DNA of 59,640 bases, the filler included, from Basidiobolus ranarum (Eukaryota), in the NCBI GenBank assembly GCA_040143965.1. It is 12 parts of 12 records of this genome, joined end to end, with 100 filler letters (N's around TTAATTAATTAA, not from the genome) between each part and the next. Parts side by side here need not be neighbours in the genome. Positions count along the whole stretch, not along the records: positions 44,844 to 49,711 come from JASJQH010008677.1; positions 49,812 to 54,676 come from JASJQH010008678.1; positions 54,777 to 59,640 come from JASJQH010008679.1; 9 more parts are not named here. One strand, written 5' to 3'. Below the pieces are notes generated by a model, which saw nothing but the letters and a program-made list of their open reading frames with translations, was not told the origin of the DNA and searched no databases. The position numbers and the translations under genes were made by a program. Within the stretch, counting starts at the first letter, position 1. Each line of letters starts with the position of its first letter. Shown piece by piece: positions 49,648 through 59,640 of this stretch.

Positions 49648-51879
49648 GTGGGGGGAGGGTTGGGGGGAGGGGTAGGGGTGGGGAGCGGGGGTGTGGGGGG
49701 GGGGGGGGGGGNNNNNNNNNNNNNNNNNNNNNNNNNNNNNNNNNNNNNNNNNNNNTTAATTAATTAANNNNNNNNNNNNNNNNNNNNNNNNNNNNNNNNN
49801 NNNNNNNNNNNTTTGTAGCTTAACTACTGCAGGTATACTTTGGGAAAGAACCTCATCTTTGAATATTTATTATCTTTGTAGATTTGCTAACTTGGCATCT
49901 TTTGGCATTCAAATTAGTGCCTCAGGAGCCATGCTGTGTGGTACTATGTCTACTTTGCTGAGTGCTACCATTGATGGCATGTTGTTTTGTTAGATTTTCC
50001 AATCATCAAAACTTGCTTAGCACAAAACTCACAATCTTGTAAAACAGCCTACTTATTAATCCTCACCCCCATTTTATTGAGAAATACCAATTCAAAGCCA
50101 TCACAAAATGGGGTTATGCACTCAACAAGAGATAGCAAAAGAAGGCAGCCTAGAAGTTGTGAAGATAATGACCAATGAAGTTCTGTACAATCTTGCAGCC
50201 TTACTAATCTGAGTGTAACTGGCCTTGCTAATCATGTCTGTGGCCATGTTTCCATACTTTGTTACAGTGCCCTCAACAAAGCAGGACTGAAGGTAGTTCA
50301 AAATTAGTACATACTGGTCATGACTTTCCAGCAAATATTCAAACAGATCAAACATCTCACTTGGTAGTGCTTACTGCTGTTGTCATGGTAACAGAGCCGA
50401 CAAGTTGAAATGAGATACACCTAAGTTAAATTTCTCAATCAATTATTTGATTTATGGCACCATCCTATATAGTGGGAACTAACCTGAGCAAATCCAATAC
50501 AGTAGGCCTTAAGTAAGAATGGAAATTGCTGAGATCTACAGTGTCACTTAGCCCAACCCTACACAATGTGCCCTACCCAACAATGCATATAGCAACTAAT
50601 TATAGCTCAACATATGCCATATGACATAGATAAATTATATGTTGTATTAAATACTTTGTAGTTGGACTAGTTACATGTGTAAATAACCATCTATCTACAT
50701 GGAATTAGGTGTGTATACATTTCCCTGAACATGGGATCAGCAAGTGTATGCAACTGCACCACTAAGGAACTATAACACTTACAGGCTGTGGCATGATGTC
50801 AATCTTTCAGAGAAAGTATGTAAATGTCTGCAAGCTGGTACCATGAGTAAATATATGAAAGCAATTGGTCAGTAAGTGATTATCACCATTCTGAGTTCAC
50901 TTAGGTATTGCAAAGACAGTTATCCTGACAAAAACAAAATCAATTTGATCCGGATCAGATCCACCTTTCTAAATTGCAAAACTGTCAGAGAACTGTCACA
51001 TTATCAGTGGCTTGCATTTTGCCAGGGATTTTGATGGTGTGACAGCAGTTTCTTGATGGCATTTTGATGGAATTCATATATGTTAAAATATTGATCCTCA
51101 TATTAGGCATGCATTATCAATTTCCAGCAATTTTTGCAAAAATATTATCTTTGAATGGCAAATTACTGGGTTTATTGCTATAGGAATTCAAATTAATATG
51201 CATGTCTTTATTTAGATATTTTTGGCTCTGTATTCCAGCCATAATGAGAATCAAAAAATACAAGAATCTTGTTGTGTTTTGTCTCTACATATACACATAC
51301 TTGACTGATCAGACATAACTCAACAACATTAATATGCTTTACCAGCAAACTAATAGTGGAAAAAGTGCAAACATCTGAAATTTTGAATAGCATGGACACT
51401 TGGCAAATAGCTAACTCTTGTTACCAATCACAAGGAGAATAACTCTTGGATTTTGGCAATTTTTGGTAAAGAAATCAGCCAATATATCCCCAACTTGCAG
51501 TCAACAAATGGCCTGCTGCAAGTAGATGTGTCATTTTCCTGAATAGATTGCCCCATGGCTAAAACAATAATACTGCGTAACTTGATCTATCTCACCAATA
51601 AGTCTGTCTTGCAGCATTCCTACAAATAATGTCAGATTATTACACAAAAAAATTAGTCCAAATTATAGAGGTACTTAATCTGTGTCCATGGATTGGGCTT
51701 TGTTGCTGTGATTGTGCTCAAACAATGCAAAAACCAATGAGCACATTGAAAACAGCCCTTTGTTAGAAGGTTAATATACTCTGAAGTCTCCTTAACCCAT
51801 CACATTATATCAATCACTGATTTTGCTGATATATTGTTAATCAGATTAGAATACAGTAATACTGACAATTTCACATGCA

Positions 51880-53150
51880 GCATCATTTCACCACAGGTGC
51901 ACTCCATTAGGAACTCCCAGAATGTATGGCAAGGGCCTATAATCTCTAAGCATTGTGAAAGATGCAGTTAGGAATGTATTGAATACCAGCATAGATTCAG
52001 TTTATCTTCTTTAAACCTGTAATAAAGTTTTTGATATCCAATTACAAAATCCTTGCACAGTTGCTGTATCTGCCTGTGATCTGCCAATGTGAGTTGATGC
52101 CATAAGAATATAGTAACAATATCAGCAAACAACTCCCAATGTTGCCAATACTTATCAGGCAGAAATCTTTTCAAGATTCCACTTGAATATATACAAATCC
52201 AATACTTCCAGTCATTGCATTTGAATAAATGCCTTGATGAGTGGATATTGATGGGAGTCCTGGTAAAATATGATGGTATCTTGACATTTTCAAGTATTTT
52301 CCCAATCAATTTAAACATTGATCCTATCTTCAATGGCCCATTTATATTGAATTTTCCACTATATAGCTGAGTAAGTTGTATTGGAATGTTGTTGAACAGT
52401 AAGTGCATAGTGCCTAATGGGAGGCTTTGGCTTCAGCTGATCCCCTTTAGCAATATAATTCCAGGCTTATGCTAATACCAAGTTTGATGTTGGACTGACT
52501 ATTTGGTGAATCAATATCAGTGATCATGTTGAAATCTGACAGGGCTCTTGACAGTAAAATCATGGAGTTTAGTTTTCTATTTGGATAGTAGTAATGTGTA
52601 TGCCTGGTAGAGTAGACTCCATTGATTTGACAAAATCTACAGCAAGATAGTGCGTTGTGCCTGCAAAAACCTCCAAGATTACTAATGGCAGGAGTATCAC
52701 CAATATATACAATGATATTAGCTTTAATAAAATATTCATCCATCTAAACCCCATTAGGTAGCCATTCAAGTTCCACAATCAAAGGCTCCAAGAAGCTATC
52801 TATAAGCACTGGTGATTTAGGTCCAGATATGATGGATAGTATCCAAATATTATGACTCTTATACTATTAAGAAGGAGAAAGATTTAAGTTAATTGAAATT
52901 AATGGCCAGCAAGCCTTTCCAACAGTATATTTGTTTAGCAAGAAACCATCCAGAGACAATGCAAATGAATGAGCATACATGTTCTCAAAGAAATCTTGAC
53001 TTTTGATATTCTGGTAGTGATATCCATCAAGTATTGTGGTAATACCTTCAGTTTTATGGTGAGTACTTTGGTATTGGATTAATGAACTATATTTGGGTGA
53101 TTTCATCAAATCGTTAACACAGAGAATCAAAGGTATGTACTTACTGGCTT
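51880..53150 (-). pseudogene. CACTA/EnSpm-type Transposase_21 (Tnp2-like) pseudogene
   Basis: Consecutive broken ORFs: ALSLDGF...CWPL..INLNL.P, YIGDTPAISNLGGF..HNA...CRFC, MHLLFNNI, FKCNDWKYW and IHS.LHL...IIGP....WEFLME. Confidence 0.85.
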
Positions 53151-54568
53151 GACCAAAGTTGCACTTCTATATACATCATTCCAGTCATATGACTGTGGTA
53201 ACTCCACAGTATCTTGACTTTTGGCAGTGTTACCAAAACTTGGAGGCAAAGTACAGTCAGTGGACTTAGTGGGCAAAACAAAAGTCAAATTTGTGCACTT
53301 ATTACTGTTAATATTTACCTGGCTTTGTGCAGCCGGTAGCTTTGTACAGTGACATGCTTGTGATTATTTTTTCTATGAAGCCTCCAGCTTTCATAGCACA
53401 AGAATTTGTGACAATAAGAGCAGGGCTTCTTTAAACATTTGTGTTGGGGCATTAGAAGAATATTGTTGAAGCAGGAACACCTCCTACATAAGGGTGGTAT
53501 CTTAGGTATAGCCCATCAATATCATCAGCTGATTCTGAGATGGTGTCACAGATGAGTAATCAGCAGATATACAAGATATTTCTGGTAATGGATGGCAATT
53601 TTGGTGTATTTTAAGCTGTTTCTAAAAAATTTCAATGCCATTCAAAAAGTGTCCAAAATTTAAATCTAAATTGGCTTCCAAGCTAAAGCCTGCAGGCACA
53701 AAAGGAAAAAAACCAGCAAGAACATAAGACTTAATTAATGAGGAGTCTAGCAATCCACTATCCTCTCTCCACTTTGGAAGGCATTATCATGCTGTAAACT
53801 AACTCAAGTAATGATGAAGCATTAATCAATTAACCAGATCTGTTTCTTTCCAGCAATAGTTCAAGTGAAGAGATTGTAATCCCCCAATTACATAGTAAAT
53901 AAATAGTTGAGAAAGTTCAATGAAAACACCATCAAGACCATCAACTTCCAAAATGGCTACTTTACCCACTATTGACAAACCTCTGCAGAATATTTGGATA
54001 GGATTAATACAATAAGGAAGTTGTAGGCAGAACACCATAATGATTTGTATGTGATCACAAGTAAAAACTACAAGGTTGCTATACAGGCCATTACAAGTAA
54101 TAATGCTGCAATATTGCAATTAATGCAGCATTTGGAAGCAACTAGTCAACAGTTAGAGCATCACTCAACAATGAGACAAGACCTTCAGAATTCTGTACTT
54201 GAACTACAGCAACATGCTGCTCCCTCCATCCATTCTCATACAGGATTGCAATCAATCCCACATCATACATACAAATGTCACCATAACAATCTAGCAGAGC
54301 AAAATATGTGTTGGCCCATAAAGCCTACACAATGACCTGAAATTCCTAGGGCACATAAAAGTAGAAATCTCACAGGAAAACTGGCAAACCAAAAACTCTG
54401 AATGTCAGATTTGCCTTCACTGCTCTGATGATGAGTGGTTTAACATTTTCAAAACTGTGCAGAGTCTTGGCAAAAATCACCTGGATTTGAGCCAATTGTG
54501 AAAAAACCAAAAACCAGGCATAACTCTGCTGGTTCTTGACTTATTTCATGTTTCTTTTCCTGGGTTTT
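53151..54568 (+). repeat. Family X arm adjoining the transposase 5' end, with a coiled-coil-like ORF relic
   Basis: Collinear with 4993-6545. ORF relic AILQLMQHLEATSQQLEHHSTMRQDLQNSVLELQQ is also at 6068-6355. Confidence 0.75.
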
Positions 54569-54676
54569 TGTTGAAAGTCTGGTGACTTGTGGTACAAGCA
54601 GTAATTCCTAAAAGAGGAAAATATGGAGTATGGTGACTGCATCTGAACACAAAGTCTAAGGCCAATCAGTTGCTTG
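54569..54676 (+). mobile_element. Family T LTR, 5' part, cut by the contig end before the tRNA-like region
   Basis: Near-identical to 1780-1886 (TGTTGAAAGTCTGGTGACTTGTGGTACAAGC...GGCCAATCAGTTGCTTG). Confidence 0.9.
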
Positions 54677-54776
54677 NNNNNNNNNNNNNNNNNNNNNNNN
54701 NNNNNNNNNNNNNNNNNNNNTTAATTAATTAANNNNNNNNNNNNNNNNNNNNNNNNNNNNNNNNNNNNNNNNNNNN

Positions 54777-54921
54777 TATTTCAACACTTAACACATTCCA
54801 CACGTTAGTTTGTTTACATCTTGACAAAACTATAAATGTCAACTGAATACTCAATAAGTGAAAACCACCAATTTCTCTAATTCTCCAAACCACTTCCAAC
54901 AGGCTCCCAAATACTTTAACA
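54777..54921 (+). repeat. LTR family A 3' end
   Basis: ...CCACTTCCAACAGGCTCCCAAATACTTTAACA matches the reverse complement of 25953-26095. No PBS follows. Confidence 0.85.
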
Positions 54922-55489
54922 GCAATGCAGAAACCATGGCAAAATGGGCATAGTATACAAATATAGGGATACACCAACTATGGAAAGGGTTTTCACTAAT
55001 ACTTAACACCAACGGTATTTAATTGAAATAATTCATTGACCCAAACAAATAACTAAGGAAATGGACTAGCCGCACATTCAACTAAAAGAGGTAGAACTTC
55101 ACCATGCATAGATGATAATATAATATGGCTAGTGAGTGAATCAGTAAGGTGATCCTATTTCGAGAATCTAATGAATCTTGTCAGGCTTAATAAGCGTGGA
55201 TTGGTCATACAGGAAAATTACTTGTCCTACTGGAGTTCATATTTGGACAACCATTTCGAATATCAATCTTCCCATATCTTAATTCCAAATACTATCTGCA
55301 GCCTAGTCCACACCCACTCTCCTATGGCCTCTCTAATTAACGCTTTGTTCAATTAATTTGTGCTCTGCTATGGAACTCAACCAACTCTAGGTTGCATTGG
55401 AGACAGGAGAGGTGTGTGAAGCAACGGGGATGATAAATCCCATGTAGTCCAAGTATTTATTTTATGAATGTACAAAATGAGCATCTATT

Positions 55490-56440
55490 TCAATTGGAAG
55501 GCCCCCAAGCAATCACTCTTCGTTTGTCACTGAATATCTCGAAATCATCGTATTGAAATATAGGTTGATGTGATAGAAACCCGTAGTCAGCACAACAAGG
55601 CATAGAAAGACAATACTTCTCTTTCACCTTCAAGCGATCCCAAAAGTCTTGTAAGGGTGCATGGGTGTGTACACCTAATACAATGTGATAATCGTAATCT
55701 CCCTCCAATTCCTCACTGGGTATCTCAAACTCTTGTGAATAAGCTTGTACACATATCAGTCGCTTGCTGATGTCTAGGCCTAATTGTTGGGGCTTTACCG
55801 GCTTCATCCGGGGATCAATCGAATAGATCTTCCATATATCTGGCGTTTTAAGACAAAATACACCGGCGGTAAATGGGATTTTTCCATCTCCTGGCACCCA
55901 AAGACATACTTTCTTCAGCCAAAAATTCACCTTCAGTTGTGATTGAAGTTTTTGTAAAGCGATGAATATCCCAATAGTTTCAGTGATCTCTTTCGCGGAG
56001 ATCTTGGTTTTATGAAGTACCAATTTCATAAGTGGTTGATAGCGTGTCTTTAAAAGTTTATCATGAAATATCAGCAGAAATTTGGTTATGTGTATACCAG
56101 TTGGATAAATGAAAGGTAACTGTTCGTAGAATGCTTGTTTGTCTATAGAACCCTCATGGTTGGATTTCCTCTTGTTCTTCCCTTTCAAACCATTTTCTAC
56201 TTCTGAGAAAAGAGCTATGGAGCTCTCTTCGGGCTTTGACTCCTCCATTATTTTCGGGTCTTCGGTGATCTTGCAATGACATCCAACTAATCTCTCTTCC
56301 AACTCTTTCTTGGCCACACGTTCTTGTGCAAGTTCGGTTTTTAGGTTGATAACGTTTCGTTGGGTTTGTCTTAATAAGATTTCCAAGGTTTCAACTCTTC
56401 TTTCCAACTGAGTTACTTCATCGTTAGCAGTATTGGACAT
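55490..56440 (-). CDS. Intronless 316-aa protein: N-terminal coiled coil plus putative SAM-methyltransferase-like domain
   Basis: Intact ORF with heptad-rich residues ~5-50 and motifs LWVPGDG, IYSIDP, IVLGVHTHAPL and SMPCC. The function is inferred. Confidence 0.7.
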   Translation of the reverse strand: MSNTANDEVTQLERRVETLEILLRQTQRNVINLKTELAQERVAKKELEERLVGCHCKITEDPKIMEESKPEESSIALFSEVENGLKGKNKRKSNHEGSIDKQAFYEQLPFIYPTGIHITKFLLIFHDKLLKTRYQPLMKLVLHKTKISAKEITETIGIFIALQKLQSQLKVNFWLKKVCLWVPGDGKIPFTAGVFCLKTPDIWKIYSIDPRMKPVKPQQLGLDISKRLICVQAYSQEFEIPSEELEGDYDYHIVLGVHTHAPLQDFWDRLKVKEKYCLSMPCCADYGFLSHQPIFQYDDFEIFSDKRRVIAWGPSN

Positions 56441-57224
56441 AATTAGTTTCTATTCAACCAAGGAGTGAGGATATAGGTAGGTGGACGAAGTTAGGTCAAG
56501 GAAAATAATACAACTATTGAATATTTCTTTTTCTTATTCGTTTTGAAAAGAATAAATAACCCAGTGAGGATGTATGGTATCACTTGGAGCGAGTTTATAA
56601 AGTTCAATACCTAGAAATTACCCTAACTAGATTCAATTTGGACTCAAGAACTATCATTTGAGTGAAAATGGCTCAATGAAATCGACTACTTTTTTTTTTC
56701 TTCCTCTCGTAATTTGGATTTCATATCATATTGATGTTAACATATCCATTCGAAAATTTCCAACCGATGCTTTATTGATTTTTCAGTCCTGTTGCAACAA
56801 GTAAACCAGTTTAAAGTATCACGTGAGCTAATATGAAGGGTTATGGAGGGAAGGGCAGAGTGAGGGGTGAAAAGGGAATAGAAGAGAAGTCAATATATCA
56901 ACTTAATTCAAGGGATAAATGAAATAAAAATTATGTGTACAAGATCTGACAAAGAAAACATAACCGTAGAGAGGACAAGAGGTAAAACAATACAAAATGA
57001 TGCAAGGTACATTGAGATAGAAGACTTCGCTTAGAAAGAAGACATAATGACAAACGTGATTAAAGTGGAGGAGGGTATATAAACACAAATGGGAGGTTGG
57101 AGAAAGAGGTGGTACAATCTACCTCATGGAGTTGCATTCAGGTAGTCTGTCTAGAGTGGTAATCGAGTGGATTATCATTTATACTATATATCGGCAACTG
57201 AGGGTTTTGGAAGCTAACAAGTCC

Positions 57225-59640
<2,416 letters not shown>

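Noticed and set aside
49578-49711. ORF MIRVRVRV... and the terminal G-rich/poly-G tract as a G-quadruplex feature
   Set aside because: The ORF is just translated TTAGGG. The decay into poly-G at a contig end is typical of read-quality loss in two-colour sequencing.
4893-54776. Regularly spaced TTAATTAATTAA palindromes every ~5 kb as a biological repeat or array
   Set aside because: Always centred in 100-bp N runs between length-sorted contigs, so it is a concatenation linker. ORFs ending in X runs and gene neighbourhoods across spacers are artefacts.

Overview
This is not one locus. It is 12 short assembly contigs (4892 down to 4864 bp, in decreasing length order) joined by 100-bp N spacers that each contain TTAATTAATTAA, so nothing should be read across a spacer. 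The source is a eukaryote, most likely a fungus: short GT-AG introns with CTAAC-type branch sites, a TTAGGG telomere, and fungal-type STE20/PAK, Ino4-like bHLH, Pho80/PCL-like cyclin and M16 peptidase genes. About two thirds of the sequence is nested, heavily decayed transposon DNA almost devoid of CpG: Ty1/Copia gag-pol fragments, four LTR families, a CACTA/EnSpm-like (Transposase_21) element and an unclassified repeat with ~114-bp units. Host genes keep their CpGs. The most unusual observation is a ~282-bp TG..CA LTR-like element, seen in three contigs, that carries a 73-nt tRNA-like cloverleaf with Pol III A/B boxes just inside its 3' end (the tRNA part is visible in two of the three copies). 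It is a candidate fungal tRNA-in-LTR retroelement, analogous to the 5S-carrying Cassandra elements. Also present are a tRNA-Arg(CCT), a chromosome end with subtelomeric repeats, a cox3-like NUMT fragment and an intronless orphan with methyltransferase-like motifs. All homology calls come from reading motifs by eye; no database search was run, and the boundaries of decayed elements are approximate.
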